Assembly (NCBI GenBank): GCA_051006595.1
Contig: JBPCTA010000030.1
Coordinates: 1 to 24,341, forward strand
From: Pirellulales bacterium
Lineage (GTDB): Bacteria > Planctomycetota > Planctomycetia > Pirellulales > UBA1268
DNA length: 24,341 nucleotides
Direction: 5' to 3'
Under the pieces are notes generated by a model. It made no database searches. It was given only the letters and a program-made list of their open reading frames with translations, and had not been told where the DNA came from. How positions within the stretch are numbered: the first letter of the stretch is position 1; every line of letters starts with the position of its first letter. The position numbers and the translations under genes were made by a program. Shown here one piece after another: positions 1 to 6,971 of this stretch.

Positions 1-1870
1 GGCAGAGCGTGGCGAACGTCGCCTGATCGTCGAGCGGAAAGGCGAACGGATCCAGCCGTTGCTGCTGCGTGCTGAAGATGATCTCGAGCGTCTTGGCGAC
101 GACGGTGAGGTAGCGGAGGCCGAGGAAGTCCATCTTCATGAGCCCCGCCCGCTCGACGTCGCCCATGGCCCACTGCGTGATCACTTCGTCCTTGCCCGTC
201 ACCCGCTGCAGCGGCACATACTCCACGAGCGGCCGGTCGGCGATCACGACCGCGGCGGCATGCGTGCCCACGTTGCGGGCGAGCCCCTCGATCTGCTTGG
301 CGAGCCCGACGAGCTCGCTCACCTCCGGGTCGGCCTCGCAGGCGGCGGCGAGCTGCGAGCCCGGGGCGGCGGCGTCTTCCAGCGAGATGCCGAGCTGATC
401 GGGCACGAGGGCCACGATCTGGTCGACGCGGGGCACCGGCATCCCCAGGGCGCGGCCCACGTCGCGGATCGCCGCCCGGGCGGCAAGCGTGCCGAAGGTG
501 CCGATCTGGGCGACGTTGGCCTCGCCGTATTTCTTCTTGACGTAATCGATGACCTCGCCGCGGCGCTCCTTGCAGAAGTCGATGTCGATATCAGGCGCCT
601 CGCGGCGGTTGATGTCGAGGAACCGCTCGAAGAGGAGGTCGTATTCCAGCGGGCAGACATGCGAGAGGTAGAGCGAATAGGCGACGAGCGCCCCGACGCC
701 CGAGCCTCGGGCCGCCGCCGGGATGCTGCGCTCGCGGGCGTGGCGGACGAAGTCCCAGACGATGAGGAAGTAGCTCGCAAAGCCGAGGGTGTCGATCACG
801 GAGAGTTCGCGATCGAGCCGCTCCATCACCTGGGCATGGAGCGCGGCGGTGGCGGGATCGGCGGGGGCCGTACCGTCGGCCCAGCGCTTGGCAATCTCGG
901 CATACCGCTCGCGGAGCCCCTGCAGGCAGAGGTGCCGCAGCTCCTCCGACGCAGTGCGGCCGTCCGGAACCTCGAATCCCGGAAAGTGCCGCTTGCCGAG
1001 ATCCAAATCGATCGAGACGGAGTTGGCAATCTCCTGGCTGCGGTTGACCGCGCCGACGACGAGGCTGCGGTCGAGGCCGGCGAAGGCCTCGTGCATCTCC
1101 TGCGGGCTCTTGAGATAGAACTCGCTCGAGTCCATCCGCATCCGCGAGGCGTCATTGCGAAACCGCCCCGTGTTGACGCAGAGCAGGATGTCCTGCGCCT
1201 CGGCATCCTCGCGGTTGACGTAATGGCAGTCGCAGGTGGCGACCGGCGGGATGCCGAGCTCTCGGGAGATGTCGAGGGCCGCCTCCGTGACCTGCCGCTG
1301 AACGTCGAGGCCGTTGTCCTGGATCTCGATGAAGTAGCGATCGCCGAAGGTCTTCTGAAACCAGCCGGCCACCTCGCGGGCCTGGCCGAGCGAGGCCTGC
1401 TGCTCGCCCGATGAGCCGATCAGCGACCGGCTAAACTCGCCCGACAAGCAGCCGGAGAGGCAGATCAGGCCCTCGCCATATTCCTCGAGCAGCTCACGGT
1501 CGATCCGCGGCTTGAAGTAGAACCCCTCGAGGTAGGCCTTCGTGGCGAGCTTGAGCAGGTTTGCAAAGCCGATGCGGTCGCGGGCCAGAAGCGTGAGGTG
1601 ATAGCTCGAATCCCGCTGGCTGCCGGCATCCTTCTGAAACCGGCTGCCTGGCGCGATGTAGGCCTCGTAGCCGATGATCGGGTTGATCTTGGCGGCCCGG
1701 GCAGCCTCGTAAAACTCGAGCGCCCCATGGAGGTTGCCATGGTCGGTGATCGCCAGGGAGTTCATCCCCAGTTCGACCGTGCGACTCACGAGACGGTCGA
1801 TCGAACTCGCCCCGTCGAGGAGGCTGTAATGACTGTGGCAGTGCAGGTGGGCGAACGAAGGCGAGCTCAT
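1..1870 (-). CDS. dnaE: DNA polymerase III alpha subunit, 5' part (runs off the left edge)
   Basis: ATG at 1870 reads MSSPSFAHLHCHSHYSLLDGASSIDRLV...AITDHGNLHGALEFY (PHP domain motif). At the left edge the same register reads VITQWAMGDVERAGLMKMDFLGLR, a DnaE hallmark. The + strand ORF 59..1414 is its antisense shadow. Confidence 0.97.
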   Translation of the reverse strand, partial: MSSPSFAHLHCHSHYSLLDGASSIDRLVSRTVELGMNSLAITDHGNLHGALEFYEAARAAKINPIIGYEAYIAPGSRFQKDAGSQRDSSYHLTLLARDRIGFANLLKLATKAYLEGFYFKPRIDRELLEEYGEGLICLSGCLSGEFSRSLIGSSGEQQASLGQAREVAGWFQKTFGDRYFIEIQDNGLDVQRQVTEAALDISRELGIPPVATCDCHYVNREDAEAQDILLCVNTGRFRNDASRMRMDSSEFYLKSPQEMHEAFAGLDRSLVVGAVNRSQEIANSVSIDLDLGKRHFPGFEVPDGRTASEELRHLCLQGLRERYAEIAKRWADGTAPADPATAALHAQVMERLDRELSVIDTLGFASYFLIVWDFVRHARERSIPAAARGSGVGALVAYSLYLSHVCPLEYDLLFERFLDINRREAPDIDIDFCKERRGEVIDYVKKKYGEANVAQIGTFGTLAARAAIRDVGRALGMPVPRVDQIVALVPDQLGISLEDAAAPGSQLAAACEADPEVSELVGLAKQIEGLARNVGTHAAAVVIADRPLVEYVPLQRVTGKDEVITQWAMGDVERAGLMKMDFLGLRYLTVVAKTLEIIFSTQQQRLDPFAFPLDDQATFATLC

Positions 1871-1904
1871 CCGTGGGCCTCGCGTGAAAGTTCAATAGTC
1901 TAGC

Positions 1905-1947
1905 AAACGCGGAATGCATCCGGGGCGTCGCGAAAAACGCGGAATGC
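1905..1947. repeat. Direct repeat AAACGCGGAATGC x2 upstream of dnaE
   Basis: Identical 13-mers at 1905-1917 and 1935-1947, 30 bp apart. Confidence 0.8.
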
Positions 1948-1979
1948 GATGGTGGGCCCGCGGGGATTCGGCCGCCGCG

Positions 1980-2654
1980 TCAGCCCGCCTGCGGCTCGCC
2001 GATCGAGCGGAGCAGTTCGGCGAGACGAGCCTGCAGGTCGAGCAACGCCTGCCAACTCGAAAAATCGAGTTCCACCTTGTCGGCCCCGCCGCGCATCACG
2101 GCCGACTCGCTCGCATCGCGGAGAACCCCCTGCACGTAGTCGAGCAGTTCGGCGAGCTCCGCCGACTGCGCCGGGCTCAGCCGCTCCGGCAGCGGCGGTG
2201 GCCCCGCCGGCAGCAGCGGCGACCGCACGCTCGACATGTCGTCGATGATGTCGGACTGAGAGTCGGCAATCCGTCGCATCCGCTCCTCGAGCTGCTTGGC
2301 ATGGCCATTGGCCGCCGGCTGGTGCCGAGCCGCGACCTCGGCGATGCGCCGGTCGATGTCAGTGTGGGAGCCGACGAGCAGGAGCGAGCGGCCGAGGGAG
2401 ATCATGTCGCCGTGGCGGACGATCCGCACCTGCACATCCTCGCCGTTGATCTTCGTGCCGTTGGTGCTCTCCAGGTCGGTGACGACGATCTTGTCGTTGT
2501 CCTCCTGGAGCTTGAGGTGGTAGCGGCTGACCCGCTCATCGTTGAGCTGGATCAGGTTGCCCTCCTCGCGGCCGATGGTCACCGGCGTGGGCACATCGTG
2601 GAAGACGCGGCCGCGGTCGGCGCCGTGGAGGACGCGGAGAGTGATCAGTGCCAT
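1980..2654 (-). CDS. FHA domain-containing protein
   Basis: MALITLRVLHGADRGRVF...VTIGREEGNLIQLNDERVSRYH...DLESTNGTKING carries the FHA motifs GR, SRxH and STNGT. Start moved to ATG 2654 because the longer ORF overlaps the tRNA. Confidence 0.92.
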   Translation of the reverse strand: MALITLRVLHGADRGRVFHDVPTPVTIGREEGNLIQLNDERVSRYHLKLQEDNDKIVVTDLESTNGTKINGEDVQVRIVRHGDMISLGRSLLLVGSHTDIDRRIAEVAARHQPAANGHAKQLEERMRRIADSQSDIIDDMSSVRSPLLPAGPPPLPERLSPAQSAELAELLDYVQGVLRDASESAVMRGGADKVELDFSSWQALLDLQARLAELLRSIGEPQAG

Positions 2655-2794
2655 GTGCCAAGCCTGCCCGCGGACGCACCCGCACTCGCGGGGGATGCCC
2701 CAACTGCCGTCCGCCCCAGGCGAACCTCCAAAACAAAGATACACGACGTGGGAGCGGCCGTCGGGCCGGAAGAGCCGCCGGGAGGGTCGGGCGG

Positions 2795-2821
2795 TTGACC
2801 CGCCCGCAAAACCGCTACGAT
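2795..2821 (+). promoter_or_regulatory. Possible sigma70-type promoter for the tRNA
   Basis: TTGACC (2795-2800) and TACGAT (2816-2821) just upstream of the tRNA. The 15-bp spacer is shorter than ideal. Confidence 0.45.
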
Positions 2822-2830
2822 TGGTGGCAC

Positions 2831-2903
2831 GCACCCGTAGCTCAATGGATAGAGCATCGGTCTTCGGAACCGAGGGTTGCAGGTTCGAGTCCTGCCGGGT
2901 GTA
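2831..2903 (+). tRNA. tRNA-Arg (anticodon UCG), CCA not encoded
   Basis: Acceptor stem GCACCCG/CGGGTGT with discriminator A; D arm AGCTCAATGGATAGAGCA; anticodon arm TCGGT-CT TCG GA-ACCGA (anticodon 2864-2866); T arm GCAGG-TTCGAGT-CCTGC. Confidence 0.97.
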
Positions 2904-2971
2904 TTTCAAACCACTTGTTTTTCAGTGCCTTTCGTCGTGAGGCGACGCGACAGCTTCGTCGCCCCGTCAGG

Positions 2972-2991
2972 AATCCTCAAAAATCCTCAAA
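2972..2991 (+). repeat. Tandem 10-mer AATCCTCAAA x2 downstream of the tRNA
   Basis: Exact tandem copies at 2972-2981 and 2982-2991. Confidence 0.85.
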
Positions 2992-3146
2992 TCGGCACCG
3001 GCCGGGCGGCCCTGTCGCGATGCTGAGTGACGTGTGCGAGATGGGGGCCGCCGTGCTCTGGCGGCTCGAGGATCTCGAAATCGCCTGACTGTTCAGACCG
3101 AGTCAGGCGGTCGCAGTCCTCACCTCGTAGGGCGGTAGCGTTTCTC

Positions 3147-3186
3147 TTGCCCGCCACGCCCAGTCGGACTAAACTAAGTCTAGTTT
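3147..3186 (+). promoter_or_regulatory. TA operon promoter with overlapping palindromic operator
   Basis: TTGCCC (3147-3152), 17-bp spacer, TAAACT (3170-3175). The -10 is overlapped by AAACTA-agtc-TAGTTT (3171-3186) and GACT-aaacta-AGTC (3167-3180). Confidence 0.7.
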
Positions 3187-3230
3187 ATTTGGAGTTGGGA
3201 ACTCGGATCAAAGCCCCACGAGGTTTCTCC

Positions 3231-3473
3231 ATGGCCACCGTGATCAACATCCATCAGGCGAAGACCCACCTCTCGAGGATCGTCGATGAAGCGGCGGCCG
3301 GCCAGGAAGTGATCATCGCCAAGGCAGGCCGCAAGGTGGCGAGGCTGGTGCCGATTGACTCGAAGCCGCGACCCAAGCGGTTTGGCGGGCTCAAAGGGCG
3401 GGTCAAAGTGCCGGACGACTTCAACGCACCTCTCGACGCCGCCGTGATCGCCACCTTCGAGGGCCGATCGTGA
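3231..3473 (+). CDS. Phd/YefM family antitoxin
   Basis: MATVINIHQAKTHLSRIVDEAAAGQEVIIAKAGRKVARLVP is a typical Phd/YefM N-terminus. Its stop overlaps the GTG start of the PIN gene (GTGA). Confidence 0.93.
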   Translation: MATVINIHQAKTHLSRIVDEAAAGQEVIIAKAGRKVARLVPIDSKPRPKRFGGLKGRVKVPDDFNAPLDAAVIATFEGRS

Positions 3474-3865
3474 CGAGGATTCTTCTCGACACCCATCTGC
3501 TGCTCTGGGCGGTCGCCGAGCCCCGGAAGCTCCCGCCCGGGGCCCGCAGGCGGATCGAGGAGGCGGACATCTTCGTCAGTGCGGCATCTCTCTGGGAAGT
3601 GAGCATCAAGGCCGCGTTGGGAAAGCTCGCGGCAGATCCCGCCGAACTGCTGGCGGAGATCCAGCCCGCGGGATTCACGCTGCTGCCGATCACGGGCGAG
3701 CACGCCGCGGCCGTCGCCAAACTGCCTGCGGTGCATGCAGACCCGTTCGATCGGATGCTCGTGGCCCAGGCGAAGACGGAGCCCCTGCTTCTGTTGACCA
3801 ACCATGCCGTGCTCGCCGGGTACGGCGACTGCGTGGAACTGGTGGCGGTGAAGCCGCGACGCTGA
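3470..3865 (+). CDS. vapC: PIN-domain (VapC family) toxin
   Basis: LLDTHLLLW, VSAASLWEVSIK and HADPFDRMLVAQA motifs; translationally coupled to the antitoxin. Confidence 0.93.
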   Translation: MTRILLDTHLLLWAVAEPRKLPPGARRRIEEADIFVSAASLWEVSIKAALGKLAADPAELLAEIQPAGFTLLPITGEHAAAVAKLPAVHADPFDRMLVAQAKTEPLLLLTNHAVLAGYGDCVELVAVKPRR

Positions 3866-3891
3866 ATGTCCGTGGCTCACGTCGCCGGGCG

Positions 3892-3921
3892 GCCCGCGGC
3901 CTTACGGCCGGGCGGCTTTCA
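3892..3921 (-). repeat. REP-like hairpin family A, copy 1
   Basis: Minus strand TGAAAGCCGCCCGGCCGTAAGGCCGCGGGC; stem CGGCC-GTAA-GGCCG. Confidence 0.9.
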
Positions 3922-4302
3922 TTGGAGATCGATTGCGGCGGTGTCGTCGGCGGCGGCCTCGATGCCGCCCTCGGCGGTCAGCCTGCCCGTCGTCGCTCCG
4001 TCGGCATCGAAAAACTCGACGGCCCCTTCGCGGCCGTCAGCGCTCGTGCCGATGGCGACCGACTCGAATCCTTCGTGGTCGTTGACTTCGATCCGCCCGC
4101 CGCCGCCCCCCTTCACGCGGCCGATGTGCACGAGTTTGACCTCGCCGGAATCGTCGGAGACCACGATCTCACCGCAGAGCACGCGGTTGGCCTCGACTGT
4201 GCCAACCTCGAGACGGTCGGGAGGCACGAGCACGGCTCGGAGCGCGAGCCCGATCGAGAGCAGAAGCAGGGGATAGACGGTCCAGCGTTCGCGGCTGCTC
4301 AT
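3919..4302 (-). CDS. Hypothetical protein with N-terminal membrane anchor
   Basis: MSSRERWTVYPLLLLSIGLALRAVLVP hydrophobic segment followed by a beta-rich domain; stop-to-start spacing of a few bases from the upstream gene. Confidence 0.8.
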   Translation of the reverse strand: MSSRERWTVYPLLLLSIGLALRAVLVPPDRLEVGTVEANRVLCGEIVVSDDSGEVKLVHIGRVKGGGGGRIEVNDHEGFESVAIGTSADGREGAVEFFDADGATTGRLTAEGGIEAAADDTAAIDLQ

Positions 4303-4305
4303 GAT

Positions 4306-4935
4306 TCAGTCGCCATGTTTTTCCCGCAGCCGGGCGGAGAGCCGCAGAATGTGGTGCACCCGCTCGAACTGATCGAGCCAGTCGGATGTCACCGCGGCGA
4401 TGGCATCGGCCGGCGGTGCGACCGCGCCGGAGGCGCACGAGGATCCGAGCTGCGCCGCAGCCGACGCCCGATACGCGGAGAGCGTGCGGTCGCCGTAGAA
4501 CAGAATCGGCGTGAAATCCTCGCTGAAAAAGGCGGCGACGGGCACCCGCTGTCCGCCGCAGACCTTGAGATGGGCGGCGATGTCGGGCAGGGCGTCGCGG
4601 TCGAGGAACCGGAGGTCGATCGACGGGGCGGCTGCGGCGAAGTGGGCGAAGATCGGGCACTGGTTCACACAGTCGCCGCACCAGGCGCCGGCGAGCACGA
4701 GCACCGGCATCTTCCGCACGAAGCCGGCAAGAACCTGCCGGTGGGCCGCTGAGAGCGACACCTGCTTGTGAAACGCCTCCCAGCGGCCACGCTGGTCGGG
4801 GTTGGCATGCCGCTCGAGAAACGTGGCATAAGGGTTCGCCACAGCGAAGGCTGCGGCCCAGGCTTCCGCCGTGGGCGGCGCTCCCGCGCCGGCGATCGGA
4901 CTGGACGAGGCAGTGAGCGAGACGGTCGCGGCCAT
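4306..4935 (-). CDS. Thioredoxin-family protein (WCGDC)
   Basis: VLVLAGAWCGDCVNQCP redox motif and GGQRVPVAAF cis-Pro-like loop; ATG at 4935. Confidence 0.88.
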   Translation of the reverse strand: MAATVSLTASSSPIAGAGAPPTAEAWAAAFAVANPYATFLERHANPDQRGRWEAFHKQVSLSAAHRQVLAGFVRKMPVLVLAGAWCGDCVNQCPIFAHFAAAAPSIDLRFLDRDALPDIAAHLKVCGGQRVPVAAFFSEDFTPILFYGDRTLSAYRASAAAQLGSSCASGAVAPPADAIAAVTSDWLDQFERVHHILRLSARLREKHGD

Positions 4936-5136
4936 CAAACTGGGTCTCCGTGAAAAAGCGGTCGAAACTGCGGGGCGACTTCAAGCGGGTGCATGTAGGA
5001 GAGGAGCATACCCGTTCCTGCCCAGCCTCCCCCCTCTCCGCCAACTGGCCCGCTCTCGCTGCACGCCTGGCAGCCTGGGCGAACATGGTGAGCGCGGCAA
5101 TCACTTCCGTCGGCGAAACACGCCGCGGAACCGGCA

Positions 5137-5165
5137 TTGACCCACGAAAAACCGGCCCCTATTGT
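5137..5165 (+). promoter_or_regulatory. Sigma70-type promoter
   Basis: TTGACC (5137-5142), exactly 17 bp, TATTGT (5160-5165). Confidence 0.7.
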
Positions 5166-5172
5166 CCCCCCC

Positions 5173-5345
5173 GCCTGAAGGCCAAGGGGTTGGCTGATCG
5201 CCCGCCCCACTCGAAGTCGGCGGCGGCACGGAAGCCAACCGCCGACCTCGAGAGGGGCCTTCCGGCCATGCTCGTCCAATCGCTCCCGGAAACGGTCCAG
5301 GTTCTCCGCCCCCCTGGTACCTGGGCCGTTCCGGGGGCCTTTTTT
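5173..5345 (+). ncRNA. Candidate structured small RNA (~173 nt), family unidentified
   Basis: Lies between a good promoter and a hairpin plus U6. Contains a long hairpin at 5204-5258 and a ~20-bp hairpin at 5282-5338 whose G-U pairs only work on the + strand. No credible CDS. Confidence 0.6.
5282..5345 (+). terminator. Intrinsic terminator-like long hairpin with C-rich loop
   Basis: GCTCCCGGAAACGGTCCAGGT / ACCTGGGCCGTTCCGGGGGC, followed after one C by TTTTTT (5340-5345). Confidence 0.65.
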
Positions 5346-5402
5346 CTCGCTGCCGTTTCGACGGTTGCAGTGGGAATGGGCTCGGTGGGCCTACAATAAG
5401 GC

Positions 5403-5612
5403 ATGGCCACACCTCTTCCCCCGCCCGATGCCGAGCGGATCATCCGCTGGATCATGCTCGGGATCGTTGTCTGGGGCTGTTTTCACGCGGTCGGCGCGTG
5501 GCGTCTCAACCACGATCCGCGGCGGGTGCTAGTCGTGCTCGGATGCGTGGCCGCGTTCCTCGGCTTCTGGCTCGTGATGCTGTCTGCACGGCGGCGCCGC
5601 CTCGCGAAGTGA
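5403..5612 (+). CDS. Small two-helix membrane protein, hypothetical
   Basis: 69 aa with two hydrophobic segments and a basic C-terminus (RRRRLAK); AAGG upstream of the ATG. Confidence 0.8.
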   Translation: MATPLPPPDAERIIRWIMLGIVVWGCFHAVGAWRLNHDPRRVLVVLGCVAAFLGFWLVMLSARRRRLAK

Positions 5613-5648
5613 TCGAAGGGGATGGGGCCCGGAATCGACAGCAGGGCA

Positions 5649-5713
5649 GCCCGCGGCCTCACGGCCGGTCGGCTTGTACCGGAGCCCGCGGCCTGACGGC
5701 CGGTCGGCTTTCA
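5649..5713 (-). repeat. REP-like hairpin family A, copies 2 and 3 (tandem, 35-bp period)
   Basis: 5649-5678 (foot TACAAGCC, loop GTGA) and 5684-5713 (foot TGAAAGCC, loop GTCA), between convergent genes. Confidence 0.9.
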
Positions 5714-5729
5714 CAGGACGGCGGCGGTA

Positions 5730-6971
5730 TCACTCGGGCCGCTGCCGGAGGGCTGGAACACCGACCGCCGCGCCGTAGGCCCGCACGAGATCGTCGAGGG
5801 AGCCGCCGAATGACTGCTGCAGCGCCTCCTCGGCGGGCGTGCCCTCCTTGATCGAGCGGACGAGCGTCGCAAACTTCTTGGCGTCGCGGCTGACGAGCAG
5901 CTTCACGAGCCCCGATGCCATGCCGTATTGCACGGGCTGAATATTGGCGGCGGTGAAGAACCCGGGCCCGAGGTCGCCCTCGGTTCGCATGGCGACGAGC
6001 GCATGCGCCTCCTTGAGCGGCACCTGATCGCAGTTCTTCACCACCCGGGCGCCGACCCACTCGGCGATCCCTTCGTTGAGCCAGTTCGGCAGCTTCTCCG
6101 GCGACATCCAGCGATGATTGAAGCCGTGGCTCGTCTCGTGCACGAGCATGTGGACGAAAGCGGCCGCGTCGTTGCCACGATGGCAGGCCATCACCACGCG
6201 GCCGTCGCTCCGCTGATGACACATCCCGTGGGTGCCGCGGGTGTCGGTCTGCATGAACCGCCCTTCGAACGCGACGTAATCGTCCTCGCGGAGGAATGCC
6301 ACCACGAGGCACTTGCCCTTCCAGAGCGGCTCGCCCCGCGGGATGCCGTAGAGGTCGCAGAGGAAGTCGTGCATGGCGTCGAGACTCGCGACATAAGGCG
6401 CGAGCTGGGCGGCGGGAATGTCGCTGGCCACCAGAAACTCGTGGGTCTCCGTGACGGCCAGACCGGGGAAGGCGGCCCGCACCTCCTCGACAAACCGCCC
6501 GAGCGACTGGACCTCGGCCGCATGTTCGGCGGCGGAGAGCACCGGCCACGGGTCTGTGCCGTGGGCCTTCATTCGCGCGACCGACTCGGCGGCAGCCTGA
6601 TCGTAGGCCTCCTTGGCCCGGCGGCCACGAAGCTGCGACCAGACCTTGCCCGTGCTCGCCGACTCGTGGATTGTCTCCCGGCCGGCGACGATCTTGGCGA
6701 CGCCCGACAGCGAGACCGATGTCACGGTTGCCTCGCCTTCGGCCCGGAGCCGGAGGCCCGTGGCCTGGCCTTTCTTCGCCACCACGCCCTCCAGTGTGGG
6801 CCGGACGAATCGACGACCCGTGCCGAGTTCGACGAGGTCGAGTGTCTGGCCGACATGGGGCTCGAGCCGATCGGCGAGCTCGTCGGCCCGGGCGATCGTC
6901 GGCACGACGAAAGCCCACGCCATGGCGCATGCGGCGAGTCGGATTCGGTGGACGGCGTTGATCACTCGCAT
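5730..6971 (-). CDS. Exported gluzincin-type metallopeptidase-like protein (DUF1570/peptidase MA-like)
   Basis: Signal peptide ending TIARA-DE; HExxH in LVHETSH followed by WLNEGIAEW. Confidence 0.82.
   Translation of the reverse strand: MRVINAVHRIRLAACAMAWAFVVPTIARADELADRLEPHVGQTLDLVELGTGRRFVRPTLEGVVAKKGQATGLRLRAEGEATVTSVSLSGVAKIVAGRETIHESASTGKVWSQLRGRRAKEAYDQAAAESVARMKAHGTDPWPVLSAAEHAAEVQSLGRFVEEVRAAFPGLAVTETHEFLVASDIPAAQLAPYVASLDAMHDFLCDLYGIPRGEPLWKGKCLVVAFLREDDYVAFEGRFMQTDTRGTHGMCHQRSDGRVVMACHRGNDAAAFVHMLVHETSHGFNHRWMSPEKLPNWLNEGIAEWVGARVVKNCDQVPLKEAHALVAMRTEGDLGPGFFTAANIQPVQYGMASGLVKLLVSRDAKKFATLVRSIKEGTPAEEALQQSFGGSLDDLVRAYGAAVGVPALRQRPE

Noticed and set aside
59-1414. 451-aa + strand ORF, and similar long ORFs such as 9220..11262, 13370..14845 and 18612..20006
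   Set aside because: Antisense or alternate-frame shadows of recognisable genes (dnaE, MFS, CDF, CHAT-like), expected in very GC-rich DNA; no family motifs.
1-1870. Intein in DnaE
   Set aside because: The N-terminal and left-edge DnaE motifs share one register, and the length leaves no room for a large insertion in the visible part. The C-terminal region is outside the window.
2880-2903. Second att site (duplicated tRNA 3' end) or integrase defining an intact island
   Set aside because: I found no repeat of the tRNA 3' end and no integrase in the window by eye; only a remnant is proposed.
2655-2909. 85-codon N-terminal extension of the FHA ORF
   Set aside because: It runs antisense through the tRNA; the FHA-type sequence starts at ATG 2654.
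4984-5016. Hairpin with AGGAGAGGA loop upstream of the thioredoxin-like gene
   Set aside because: Weak, bulged stem on the strand opposite to that gene, with no following start codon or promoter to give it a role.
5173-5345. Assignment of the sRNA candidate to SRP RNA, T-box or 6S RNA
   Set aside because: No SRP helix-8 CAGG...GGAA...AGCAG motif. The TGGTACC is not in a GGTGGTACCGCG T-box context and no aminoacyl-tRNA or amino-acid gene follows. I could not fold it as a single 6S-type rod. It is left unassigned pending an Rfam scan.
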